From: Holophagales bacterium
GTDB lineage: Bacteria; Acidobacteriota; Thermoanaerobaculia; Multivoradales; Multivoraceae
NCBI GenBank assembly: GCA_009845425.1
Contig: VXZQ01000014.1
Coordinates: 207,783-271,782 of the forward strand
Direction of reading: 5' to 3'
Length of the DNA stretch: 64,000 bases
Shown: one piece after another, positions 9,418 to 18,553 of the stretch
Numbering within the stretch: the stretch's first letter is position 1
Layout: the number at the start of each line of letters is the position of its first letter
Notes under the pieces: model-generated
Seen by the model: the letters and a program-made list of their open reading frames with translations, nothing else
Told to the model about the DNA's origin: nothing
Databases searched by the model: none
Position numbers and translations under genes: made by a program

Positions 9418-12102
9418 TTACGCCGCGCGGCGGCGGGTTCGTCGTTCGACCCGCACGGCGCGGAGGATCCGGCTCACCGTGGCCGGTCGGACACCTTCGC
9501 TGATGCGTTCCTCCGCCAGCTCGAAGGCGAGCTTCCACTGCTGCCGCAGGATCGCGTGAGCGGCGAGGAAGCCGTGGCGACGGTCGTACATGTGGGTGGC
9601 CTCGGAAGTCACGCCGTTCACTTCCAGCACACGGAGACCTTCGCCGCACTGGAGGGCCTCGGCGTTCGGAACGCGCACGTCGAAGCGGCCGAAGTCGAAC
9701 CCGTCGTAGGCGGTGCAGATCGCGTTCATCGCTCGTTCCAGTTCCGGGGTGTGCAGGTCGTTGGCGTCCAGGAAGATCGTCCCGCGCGAGTGGGCGCCGA
9801 CCTGGGTCAGCTCGACTCTCTCGCCGGCGGCAGGGACATGCGTCGCCGCTTCGGGATGCTCCCGCCGGTAGATGTGCGCGATGGCGACCGCGCGCGGGTC
9901 GTCCAGGATCAACCGCTCCAGCGTGCTGGTTCCGTCGCCGGTCACGGTGGGGCGGACCTTGTGGGTGATCGAGAAGACGTGCCCGTCGCGCCGGCCTGGG
10001 TGGCGGGCCCAGAACACGCCGTACTCCTCGCCCGCCATGTATTCCTGCGCGAGCGCGGGCCCGGGGGTCGCTGCGAAGAACGTCGCCGCTTCGGCCTCGG
10101 AGCGCGCGACGGCGACGCCGCGGCCGCGCTCGCCGGTGTCCGGCTTGAGCACGACCGGGTAGCCGAGGTTCTCGTCCTCCAGGAACCGGTCCAGGGCCGC
10201 GATGCGTTCCTCCGGGCCGCCGGTCGGCATGCGCCTCCAGGCCGGCAGCGCCTCGCCGATGCCGGCCAGGCCTTCGAGGATGTCGCTCTTCGACTCTCCG
10301 AACAGGCCGCCCAGGGGCATCGCGGGGTTGATCGCAGTGAACGCCGTCAGGTTGCCGCGCCGCAGGCCCCGCCACAGGATGTAGAGGGCGAGAGGCGGGT
10401 AGAACGCCCACATCGGCCAGAACTCCCAGTGCCGGATGCGTAGCAGACGGCCGCGCCAGAGGCGGCGGCCGCGCCAGGTGAACAGCGGCACGACGACGCC
10501 ACGTACGGTGAAGATGACGAGAGCCAGAGCCAGCACGGCGCCGAGAAGGCCCCCCGGCAGGCGGCCGCCGAAGCGTTCGACCGCCTCGCGTCCCAGGACC
10601 GCGTTGACGCCGACGAAGGCCGGGGTCCAGATCGCCACGGCGAGGGCGAAGTAGAAGCAGAAGCGGAGCAGGCTCGTGCGCAGGATGCCGGCGGCGAGGC
10701 AGGTCGGCAGCCGCGTTCCGGGCAGGAACCGGCTGACCAGGACGACGACCAGGGCCCGCCGGCGCAGCCACGCCGAGGCTTCTTCGAATCTGGCCTCGCT
10801 GACCCACCACTTGAAGGGTGGCAGCCTGAGAGCCGGGCGGCCCAGGACGCGCGCCAGCCAGGCGATGCCGAGGTCGCTGCTCAGGATGCCGACGTAGCAG
10901 GCGGCGACGGCGACCGGGAAGTCGAGCCGGCCCTGGGCCACGAGCAGGCCGGCGGTGATGCAGGTCAGGTCCTCGCTGGCGTACGCGGCGAACACGAGGA
11001 GCAGGAAGACGATCAGCAGGGCCGGCCCGGTGAACGGCGGCAGGTCCAGGTCGTCGAACGGCAGTGCCGCCCGTCGTAGCCGCTCCGATTCGGCGTCGGT
11101 GCGGGTCGGCGCCTCGCCGGCCTCGACCCGGCTCAGGAAGTCCTCGATACGGGCCGCCAGGTGCTCGCCGCCGCGGAACAGGAAGAAGTGGCTGTCCGGC
11201 CGCATCCACAGCTCGCTGTGCGGCACGATCCGGTGGTGCTCCCTTGCCGCGGCGGCCGGCACCAGCGGGTCCTGCGCGCCGTGGATGATGAACACCGGCG
11301 CTTCGAGGGACTCCAGGATGCCGCGCAGCGGCCGCTGGTCCGTGTCGTAGAAGTTGCGGGCGTAGGAGCGGGCGACGGCCATGTCGAGGGCGCCGAAGTG
11401 GGGGACCAGGTTGCGCACTCCCCAGAACAGGCCGAGCTGAAGGCCGTGCAGGCCGTGGTTGACCCGGTAGTCGCCGAGGAGCTCGAGTTCCTGGACGCCG
11501 ATCGAGGACATGAGGATGACGGAGGCCACTCGCTCGGGCGCCTCGTCGGCGAGATGCAGGGCGACCGCGCCGCCCATGCTGAAGCCGAGGACGTGGAACC
11601 GTTCGACGTCCAGTCGATCGAGCAGCTTGAGCGTCGAGTCGGCGTGACCGCGCGAGGAGTAGTCGGCCACTCGGTGGTCGGAGGCGCCGAACCCGGGGAG
11701 GTCGGGCGCGATGGTACGCCGCCGGAGAGCGTCGGAGACGCCGTTTGGTTGACTCGGGGAGGAGTAGTGCACGCTGGATTTGAGGCGGTGGAAGTTCTGG
11801 GAGCTGCCGGGCGACCCATGGAGGAGCACGAGGGGCAGCGACTCCGGGTTCGGTGAGTCGGTTTCATCCCATGCGATGCGCAGTGTGTCCTCTCCGTTCG
11901 GTGCAGGGATCTCCATCGTCGGCTTGAAGCTGAATGGGGAACGCACCAGTCTGAACTCGCCGTCCGGGGCGGGAAACTCGAGCAGAGTCATGGACGGGTG
12001 CTGCTCGCGGACGAATCGCACGACCGTCGAGACAAGAAGCAGCGCGCAGTAGGCGCCAACCGCGATGCGAAGCCAGCGGCGGCGCCACCTGGAAGTCGTC
12101 AT
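9418..12102 (-). CDS. Tri-domain membrane protein: alpha/beta hydrolase + DedA/SNARE-associated membrane domain + C-terminal ATP-grasp ligase domain
   Basis: LVLLHGSPGS / GFSMGG (hydrolase). VSRFLPGTRLPTCLAAGIL (DedA R-F/I-x-P-G-x-R motif). VVLKPDTGERGRGVAV ... EYMAGEEYGVF ... LEVNGVTS (ATP-grasp). 4-nt overlap with the upstream acyltransferase gene. Confidence 0.8.
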   Translation of the reverse strand: MTTSRWRRRWLRIAVGAYCALLLVSTVVRFVREQHPSMTLLEFPAPDGEFRLVRSPFSFKPTMEIPAPNGEDTLRIAWDETDSPNPESLPLVLLHGSPGSSQNFHRLKSSVHYSSPSQPNGVSDALRRRTIAPDLPGFGASDHRVADYSSRGHADSTLKLLDRLDVERFHVLGFSMGGAVALHLADEAPERVASVILMSSIGVQELELLGDYRVNHGLHGLQLGLFWGVRNLVPHFGALDMAVARSYARNFYDTDQRPLRGILESLEAPVFIIHGAQDPLVPAAAAREHHRIVPHSELWMRPDSHFFLFRGGEHLAARIEDFLSRVEAGEAPTRTDAESERLRRAALPFDDLDLPPFTGPALLIVFLLLVFAAYASEDLTCITAGLLVAQGRLDFPVAVAACYVGILSSDLGIAWLARVLGRPALRLPPFKWWVSEARFEEASAWLRRRALVVVLVSRFLPGTRLPTCLAAGILRTSLLRFCFYFALAVAIWTPAFVGVNAVLGREAVERFGGRLPGGLLGAVLALALVIFTVRGVVVPLFTWRGRRLWRGRLLRIRHWEFWPMWAFYPPLALYILWRGLRRGNLTAFTAINPAMPLGGLFGESKSDILEGLAGIGEALPAWRRMPTGGPEERIAALDRFLEDENLGYPVVLKPDTGERGRGVAVARSEAEAATFFAATPGPALAQEYMAGEEYGVFWARHPGRRDGHVFSITHKVRPTVTGDGTSTLERLILDDPRAVAIAHIYRREHPEAATHVPAAGERVELTQVGAHSRGTIFLDANDLHTPELERAMNAICTAYDGFDFGRFDVRVPNAEALQCGEGLRVLEVNGVTSEATHMYDRRHGFLAAHAILRQQWKLAFELAEERISEGVRPATVSRILRAVRVERRTRRRAA

Positions 12103-12938
12103 GGAAACCGGCGGTCGCGGGTCGCCGCGGCGGCTTCCTCACTCGAGACCATGGGCCGGAACGCGGCCGCCATCCGCTCCCGCAGCCGGCGGGCGAGTTC
12201 CTTGCGGTCCGGGTGCCGGAACTGTCCTTCTCCGAACTCGAGTTCGGTATCGATCCTGCGGAGCTTGAGCAGCTCGGGCGCGTGCGGCGTCAGCGGCATG
12301 TCGCCCCACCAGGCGACGCTCAGGAAGGCGGGATCCTCGTCATCCGGCGTCTCGTAGCGCACAACGGCCCAGTGGACGGGCAGTTGTCTGGCGGCGGCGG
12401 GCGCGAGCAGGGAGGGCTTCAGCGTCGCCACGGCGTCTCCCGGTGTCGAGGTGCCCTCTGGGAACAGGATGACCGGATCGCCCGCCTCCAGGGCCTCGGC
12501 GATCTGGTCGGCTACCCGGGTGACGTCACGGCGCCGGCCGCGGTCGACGAAGAGGATGTCGACCGTCCGGCACACGGTTCCGGCCAGGGGCCAGTCCGCG
12601 ATCTCGGCCTTGGAGACGAAGCGCGCCGGCGAGTGTGCGGCGAGAACCAGGATGTCGATGTAAGAGATGTGGTTCGAAACCAGCAGGCAGGGCGGCGCTG
12701 GCGGCGCACCCCGGACCGTGACCCGGCAGCCGAGCACGGCCAGGCACGCGCGGCCCCAGTGGCGCATGATGCCGGAGCGGACCTTCCGCCAGGTCGGGTA
12801 GCGGCGTGCGAGAAAGGGCTTCAGGACGAACAACGGCAGCCACGCGGCCAGAGTGAGCACGAGGAACGCCGGGCCCCGCCAGAACAGCCGCCACAGCCGC
12901 ACGAGGCGCCTGGGGAAGTGGAGGTTGAGGCCGGACAC
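12099..12938 (-). CDS. PlsC-family lysophospholipid acyltransferase (OlsA-like O-acyltransferase)
   Basis: HxxxxD motif region (LVSNHISYIDILVLA) and FPEGTS motif. ATGA overlap with the downstream fusion gene. Confidence 0.8.
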   Translation of the reverse strand: MSGLNLHFPRRLVRLWRLFWRGPAFLVLTLAAWLPLFVLKPFLARRYPTWRKVRSGIMRHWGRACLAVLGCRVTVRGAPPAPPCLLVSNHISYIDILVLAAHSPARFVSKAEIADWPLAGTVCRTVDILFVDRGRRRDVTRVADQIAEALEAGDPVILFPEGTSTPGDAVATLKPSLLAPAAARQLPVHWAVVRYETPDDEDPAFLSVAWWGDMPLTPHAPELLKLRRIDTELEFGEGQFRHPDRKELARRLRERMAAAFRPMVSSEEAAAATRDRRFP

Positions 12939-12963
12939 GGAGCCTGCGACGGGCCTGACGGTT

Positions 12964-13818
12964 CTACGTGGCAGCCGGCGGCGCCGTAGCGGCCGCCGGA
13001 GCCTGGTCGAGTCCGAAGATCAGCCGGATGCGCCGGCTGAGCGTGGCCGTGTCCATCAGCACCAGGTAGTCGATCGTCTTGAAGTCGCGGTCGATTGCCG
13101 GCCGGCTGCAGACGAGGGCGCCGTAGCGCAGGTAGGTTGCGAACAGGGGTGGTATCTCGACCTCCGGAACTCTCTCGACCGTCTCGGGCGGCGCCTCGCA
13201 GCGGGCGTGCTCGAGGACCGGTACGTCGAGGTCCGGCCGGACCTTGCCCGCCGCGACGAGCTGCCGGTAGAGCCGGATGCCGGCGGCCTGATCCTGGCTG
13301 GTCAGGGAGCAGCAGCCGAACAGGTAGCGGAGCCGGTTGTGGACCATGTAGCGGGCCAGGCCCTGCCAGAGCAGGAACAGAACGGTCCGCTTCCGGTGGC
13401 GGCGATGGATGCAGGCTCGGCCGATCTCGACCGACTGATCGAGCAGGCTGCTGGGCAGGGCGTCCAGGTCGTACTCGATGGCCGAGTAGAAGCCGCGGCC
13501 GCGGGCCGCCATGGCGGCCGTCTGCATCCGGTAGGTGCCGATCATCGTGCCGTCCGTCCGCTCGACCAGCATGTGGTGGCAACTCGCGTCGAAGTCGTCC
13601 GTGTCGCGGCCGGTGTCGTAGGACTCGTCGAGACCCTCGCCCAGCTCCAGGTTGAAGACCTCGAAGCGCAGGGTCAGCAGCCGGTCGATGTCCTCGGCGG
13701 TGCGCGCGAAGCGCAGGCGGTAGGGGCCGGCTCCGATTTGTCCGTCGGGCAGGTGTTCGGGGCTGGGGATACCCGGTGAGTCGGCGTTCCGGGAGAGGAA
13801 GCCGGCCGGATCGGTCAT
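12964..13818 (-). CDS. OlsB/GlsB-family GNAT N-acyltransferase (lyso-aminolipid / N-acyl amino acid synthase)
   Basis: YRLRFARTAEDIDRLLTLRFEVFNLELGEG...DxxDxxCHHMLV is characteristic of the OlsB-like family. Start at MTDPAGF (13818). Confidence 0.7.
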   Translation of the reverse strand: MTDPAGFLSRNADSPGIPSPEHLPDGQIGAGPYRLRFARTAEDIDRLLTLRFEVFNLELGEGLDESYDTGRDTDDFDASCHHMLVERTDGTMIGTYRMQTAAMAARGRGFYSAIEYDLDALPSSLLDQSVEIGRACIHRRHRKRTVLFLLWQGLARYMVHNRLRYLFGCCSLTSQDQAAGIRLYRQLVAAGKVRPDLDVPVLEHARCEAPPETVERVPEVEIPPLFATYLRYGALVCSRPAIDRDFKTIDYLVLMDTATLSRRIRLIFGLDQAPAAATAPPAAT

Positions 13819-14597
13819 GAGCGGGTCCCCGCCGCGGCGCGAATCGACTCGGCGCCGAAGATCACAAGAAACAGGCGGTCGTCTTCGTCGTGGAGCAGGC
13901 CGGTGACTTCGACAGGCTGGCCCACCCAGTCGAGCACTTCCGGGCCGACGGGTCGGCCGGAGGCGTGCATCAGATGGACCAGTTGCCGCTCTCCGCTCTT
14001 CGTTCTGACCAGGAGGGCCGCTGGAATGCCTCCGCGGATACAGAGGGAGGCGCAGTCTCGGTGAGGCTTGCCGCGGCCCGGCTTCATCGCGCCCAGGTAG
14101 CACTTCGTGTCGACGATTTCCCCTGTGAGGGTCTGGGCGTCTCCCGGAGAGTCGGGCGCTTCCGCGGCGCCACCTTCGCCGACCTGCTCCGAGAGTTCGA
14201 AGGAGTGCACTTCGAGCATTGCGGCCTCGGGATTCCGGATCAGCGTGCCTTCGAGATCGATCTTCCGTGAGGTGCCGGACTGCGACGGCAGGCCAGGAGC
14301 CGCGTCTACGTCGAGTCCATGCTTGCCGACAGCGACCAGAAGATACCCGTCGGCCGGTCCGTCCGCCGTGATCAGCCGGGGATTGGGATCGACGACCAGT
14401 TCGCCCGAGTAGTCGCGCACCGTGCCGTACTCGAACACTCCCTCGTCGAACCGTTCGAGGAGCAGGGCCAGGCAGAGGCCGATCGCCGCGGTCAGGGCGA
14501 CCAGCCCGATCGCCAGCCGGCGCGCGAACCGGCGGATTCCGGGCGGCGTCTCGTCGACGTAGCCGACGTAGAAGCCGTCGGGGCGGTCGCCAGTCAC
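13815..14597 (-). CDS. Hypothetical membrane-anchored protein
   Basis: N-terminal TM helix (LAIGLVALTAAIGLCLALLL). GTGA overlap with the upstream gene stop and ATGA-type overlap with the downstream OlsB-like start. Start inferred at GTG 14597. Confidence 0.5.
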   Translation of the reverse strand: MTGDRPDGFYVGYVDETPPGIRRFARRLAIGLVALTAAIGLCLALLLERFDEGVFEYGTVRDYSGELVVDPNPRLITADGPADGYLLVAVGKHGLDVDAAPGLPSQSGTSRKIDLEGTLIRNPEAAMLEVHSFELSEQVGEGGAAEAPDSPGDAQTLTGEIVDTKCYLGAMKPGRGKPHRDCASLCIRGGIPAALLVRTKSGERQLVHLMHASGRPVGPEVLDWVGQPVEVTGLLHDEDDRLFLVIFGAESIRAAAGTRS

Positions 14598-15664
14598 GAA
14601 GGCTCCCCGGCGCCGGTTGCGACGTCGAGCCGTGCCGGCTCGGCGTGAGTTCCGGGCGGATTGGGCCGCGGATCGATCAGCACGCGGCTCCCTTCTACAC
14701 GGACATTGAAGGTTGGGATCGTCTCGGTGAACGGCGGCGGCGAGCAGCCGTCCTCGGGACGGTACTGGTAACCATGCCACGGGCAGGTGATGCAGCCGTC
14801 GATGACCTGGCCTTCGCCCAGCGGGCCGTTCTGGTGCTGGCAGACGTTGGAGACGGCCGCGATCCGTTCGCCGCCGTCCGCGCGATAGCGGAACACGGCC
14901 ACCCGCTCACCGCTGAGGAGGAAGATGCGGGCCCGGTCGAGCGGGATGTCGGAGACGGCACAGACGTCGACCGTGGAGCCTTCCGCCGCGGCGGCCGGCA
15001 TCGGTGCGCGCTCGCGCCAGCCGGCGACGATGTGCAACGAGGCGATGCCGGCGAAGCCGATACCCAGCAGGACGGCGAGCACCGGCGGTCGCTCCGGGGC
15101 CTGCAGGCTGCCCAGCGCGACATGCACGAGGATCAGTCCGTACGCGACGTAGACCAGCATGTGGAGCGACTTCCAGACCGGCGCGGTCAGGTTCGCGAGC
15201 CAGAAGTCGTGCGAGGTCGCCGCCAGCAGGAACAGGATGGCGAGCGCCGCGAGGCCGAGCGCCTGAAACGGGAATTGGGTCAGGCTGTCGTAGTTCCCAT
15301 TGCTCGCCAGCACGCTGACGAGTGGATTCAGGACCCCGAGGCCGTGGAACTGGACGATCGAGAATCCGCCATGGGCGAGAGCCAGCAGAAACACGCAGAC
15401 GCCGAGGTGCCGGCGGTTGTAGAGCAGGGGCAGGAACCGCGTGTCCAGCCGGCAAAGCGGTCCGATGGCGAGCACGACGTGCAGCAGCAGCAGGGCGCCG
15501 GCGCCGAAACCGCGGATCAGCAGCGTTTCGAGCGTTGCCTGAGGTCGGGTCGCGACCCCGATGCCGACGAAGAGGCCGAGGAACACGAGGATGCCGGCCG
15601 CGATCGTCAGGTCGTAGAGCTTCTTGTTGCGGTTCCAGAGGACCGCCTGGTACTCGGCGCTCAC
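14594..15664 (-). CDS. Ferric-reductase-like transmembrane domain fused to Rieske [2Fe-2S] domain
   Basis: Six predicted TM helices with paired His (MsrQ/FRD-like). C-terminal CQH-x16-CPWH Rieske motif. GTG start. Confidence 0.75.
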   Translation of the reverse strand: MSAEYQAVLWNRNKKLYDLTIAAGILVFLGLFVGIGVATRPQATLETLLIRGFGAGALLLLHVVLAIGPLCRLDTRFLPLLYNRRHLGVCVFLLALAHGGFSIVQFHGLGVLNPLVSVLASNGNYDSLTQFPFQALGLAALAILFLLAATSHDFWLANLTAPVWKSLHMLVYVAYGLILVHVALGSLQAPERPPVLAVLLGIGFAGIASLHIVAGWRERAPMPAAAAEGSTVDVCAVSDIPLDRARIFLLSGERVAVFRYRADGGERIAAVSNVCQHQNGPLGEGQVIDGCITCPWHGYQYRPEDGCSPPPFTETIPTFNVRVEGSRVLIDPRPNPPGTHAEPARLDVATGAGEPS

Positions 15665-15818
15665 GGCTCGACGGCGTCCGCCGCGACCTCACGCGCTTCG
15701 GGCAGGGCGTCCACGAGCGGCGGCTCGGGACGAAGGAGAACCGCGATGGCGAGGAGGACCGCCAGGATGGGTGCCAACACCGTCCATACAAGGCGGTGAC
15801 GCTGCCGCAGGCCGCGGA

Positions 15819-16097
15819 TCACCCGGAGGCCTGCCTCGGTCGAGCGGCGACCGCATCGCGATGAGCGTTGCTCTCCGAGGGGGCCTGCCGGCCGGCAAGC
15901 CACCTTCGCAGAAGGACGGGCCAGAGCACAGCGACGCCGGGGAGGATGATGAGCCGGAAGCCCAGGCCGGTCGATCGTGCTGCGGGATCGATGTGGCCGA
16001 CCCCGCGCCAGGCGAAGAAGGGAGCGAAGGCCAGTCCGCAGGCGATGTACACGGTGCAGAGCAGCACGACGACCTCGGCGGCGCGCACGATGGACAT
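15819..16097 (-). CDS. Small membrane protein (uncertain frame; possible frameshift with overlapping ORF 15661-16194)
   Basis: Two hydrophobic helices (VVVLLCTVYIACGLAFAPFF; FRLIILPGVAVLWPVLL). The alternative frame ends with a TM helix and a GTGA coupling to the next gene. Confidence 0.3.
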   Translation of the reverse strand: MSIVRAAEVVVLLCTVYIACGLAFAPFFAWRGVGHIDPAARSTGLGFRLIILPGVAVLWPVLLRRWLAGRQAPSESNAHRDAVAARPRQASG

Positions 16098-16183
16098 CGC
16101 GGGGAGTATACGCGCGCCATGTGCCGAATCTGCCGTAGACTCCGACCGCTTCGACAAGCAACCAGGACCCGAGGGAAGAGAAC

Positions 16184-17317
16184 ATGCCGGTCATCCATCG
16201 TTCGAACGCGTCGACACTCTTCGGTGGTCCGGACTGGATCCTGCTCGCCTCTCTGTTGCTCGCGGCGGCGCTTCCTGCCGCCGGCCAGGAGATGACCGTG
16301 GAGGCCTACGAGCCGCGTTCGAGCCTCAAGGTGCCGGGCGGTCCGGTGACCCGAGCGAAGTTCCCCTTCGTCGACGCTCACGGCCACCTCCGTGCCAGGG
16401 ATCCGGCCCGGATCGACCAGATGGTCAAGGAGATGGACGAGATGAACATGGCCGTGTTCGTCAACCTGAGCGGCGGCTCGGGCGAGGGTCTCAAGGCGAA
16501 CCTCGCCGCGACGAAGGGCCGCTACCCGAACCGGTTCGTCGTCTACGCGAACGTCGACTTCTCCGGCATCGGCGAGGCTGGCTGGGGCGAGGCGGCCGCG
16601 GCGCAGCTCGAGGCGGACTTTCATGCCGGCGCGCAGGGGCTCAAGATCTACAAGAACCTCAGCATGTTCCAGACCGACGTCGACGGCAACCGGGTGGCGG
16701 CCGACGATCGGCGCATCGATCCGGTGTGGGCGATGGCGGGTGAGCTCGGCATCCCCGTCCTGATCCACGTCGGCGAGCCGTCGCCATTCTGGGACCCGTG
16801 GGACAAGCACAACGAGCGCTGGCTGGAACTCAAGCAGTTCCCGAACCGGCGGCGCGACGACGCGACCCGCTTCGCTCCGTTCGACCAGACGATGGAGGAG
16901 CAGCACAACCTGTTCCGCAATCACCCGAACACGACGTTCATCAACGCCCATCTCGGCTGGTTCGGCAACGACCTGGGACGGCTCGGCAAACTGCTCGACG
17001 AGCTACCCAACGTCTACACGGAACTCGGCGCGGTCCTGGCCGAACTCGGCCGGCAGCCGATCACGGGCGCCGCCTTCATGGAGAAGTACCAGGACCGCGT
17101 CCTGATGGGCAAGGACTCCTGGGATCCGATCTGGGGCTATCACGTGTACTTCCGCGTGCTGGAGACGCGGGACGAGTACTTCGACTACTACCGCAAACGC
17201 CACGCCCACTGGAAGATGTACGGGCTCGGCCTGTCGGACGAGGTACTCGAGAAGGTCTACTTCCGCAACGCGCTGAAGATCATCCCCGGCCTCGACCGGA
17301 GCCTCTTCCCGGAGTAG
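16184..17317 (+). CDS. Secreted amidohydrolase-2 family (TIM-barrel metal-dependent hydrolase)
   Basis: Signal peptide. FVDAHGHL metal-binding HxH motif. Length and pattern typical of PF04909-like enzymes. Confidence 0.75.
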   Translation: MPVIHRSNASTLFGGPDWILLASLLLAAALPAAGQEMTVEAYEPRSSLKVPGGPVTRAKFPFVDAHGHLRARDPARIDQMVKEMDEMNMAVFVNLSGGSGEGLKANLAATKGRYPNRFVVYANVDFSGIGEAGWGEAAAAQLEADFHAGAQGLKIYKNLSMFQTDVDGNRVAADDRRIDPVWAMAGELGIPVLIHVGEPSPFWDPWDKHNERWLELKQFPNRRRDDATRFAPFDQTMEEQHNLFRNHPNTTFINAHLGWFGNDLGRLGKLLDELPNVYTELGAVLAELGRQPITGAAFMEKYQDRVLMGKDSWDPIWGYHVYFRVLETRDEYFDYYRKRHAHWKMYGLGLSDEVLEKVYFRNALKIIPGLDRSLFPE

Positions 17318-17327
17318 GCCCGCTGCG

Positions 17328-18524
17328 TCAGGGCCCGGTCGCTTCGCTGCCCTCCATGGCTTCCGGCTCCGGCGAACCGGTGCAGTCGCCGCAGTGGACG
17401 TCGTCGACCGCTTCGCCGGCGGCGAGCGACGCCACCCAGTCGCGGATCTTCACGCCGTCCGACTCGTACGTGTAGAACTGGGGCCGCAGCATGATCGTGT
17501 GCAGCTCGCCCGCCGCGATGTAGCTCCGGTAGTTGTCCTGGCCCTCGAGCGCCGCGTCGATGTCGGCCTCGTTCGCGTCGAGCAGCGGCTGCAGACCGCC
17601 ACTGACATCGGTGCCGGCGATCTCCAGGAACTGGATCTGGACATCGTCCTCGGCGGTGTCGTAGCGCGTGAACATCGCCTCGGGATGGGCCTTGGCGGCC
17701 TGGATGTACAGCGCCTCGAACGAGAAGTTGTCGGTGTCGACCTCGTTCATGTTCTCGAAGTGCGAGAGAGCGGCCAGCGTTCCCCAGGACTCGTGCGGCC
17801 GGCCGTCGGAGAGGTTGCGGTAGCCGCCGGCGCCGTCGCCGAGGGCGGTCACGCGGGCGTCGGGGTAGTTCTCCGCGAAGTGGCGGGCGTAGACCGGCGA
17901 GGGGATCGAACCGGCGCTCGAACCGGTGATGAACACGGTCTCGGGACCCAGGAAGTGCTCGTAGGTCCAGTCGAGAGCCGTCCGGCCGTTCGTGTATCCG
18001 CGGTGGTGGATGGTGAACTCGCGCGCCGACGCATCCTCGGTGGCCGCCGCCTCGTAGACCGTGTCGCTGTCGCCGATGTGGACGTCGCCGGTGCAGTAGG
18101 GCACGAAGACGAAGCTGTGATCGGCGAACGGGTTGTCGGAGTGATTGAAGGCGACGATGCCGTGGGCCGCGCCTTCCTCGGGCTCCGTGCCGCTCGGAGA
18201 GCGCATCTCCTCGATCGCGGTCATCGTGTAGGTCGGCCGGCCCTGCGGGTCGCAGGTTTCGGCGGTCCAGCAGCCGCCCCCGCCCTGGAGGTAGAAGACG
18301 AGCTGGGTCGGATCGGCCTTGCGGACGAAGAACCGGAACGGCGAACCGTCGGAGCAGGTCGTGCGCCCGCCCGGCGTGATGGTGTTCCACCCTTCCGCGA
18401 GATCGGCGAGCGGCGCCTCGAGGTCGACGGGTTCGGGGGCTTCCTCGGCCGGCGCGCAGGCGAATGCGGCCAGCGCCAGGAGAGCGGCGGTCACGATGAG
18501 GGAGGTGGAGTGGCGGTTCTTCAT
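17328..18524 (-). CDS. Pectin acetylesterase (PAE/Notum-like) family lipoprotein
   Basis: FYLQGGGGCWTAETC ... FVPYCTGDVHIGD are PAE family hallmarks. N-terminal signal with Cys. Confidence 0.65.
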   Translation of the reverse strand: MKNRHSTSLIVTAALLALAAFACAPAEEAPEPVDLEAPLADLAEGWNTITPGGRTTCSDGSPFRFFVRKADPTQLVFYLQGGGGCWTAETCDPQGRPTYTMTAIEEMRSPSGTEPEEGAAHGIVAFNHSDNPFADHSFVFVPYCTGDVHIGDSDTVYEAAATEDASAREFTIHHRGYTNGRTALDWTYEHFLGPETVFITGSSAGSIPSPVYARHFAENYPDARVTALGDGAGGYRNLSDGRPHESWGTLAALSHFENMNEVDTDNFSFEALYIQAAKAHPEAMFTRYDTAEDDVQIQFLEIAGTDVSGGLQPLLDANEADIDAALEGQDNYRSYIAAGELHTIMLRPQFYTYESDGVKIRDWVASLAAGEAVDDVHCGDCTGSPEPEAMEGSEATGP

Positions 18525-18553
18525 GTCGTTCTCCTTCGTTGCGATCGCGGGGC

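Noticed and set aside
9194-11209. Very long antisense ORFs in the six-frame track (e.g. 9194-11209, 15689-16951, 17257-18390, 1799-3166, 3232-4398, 22885-23586)
   Set aside because: They lie opposite or overlapping well-supported genes and translate to Arg/Pro/Gly-rich low-complexity sequence. This is typical of open antisense frames in ~70% GC DNA.
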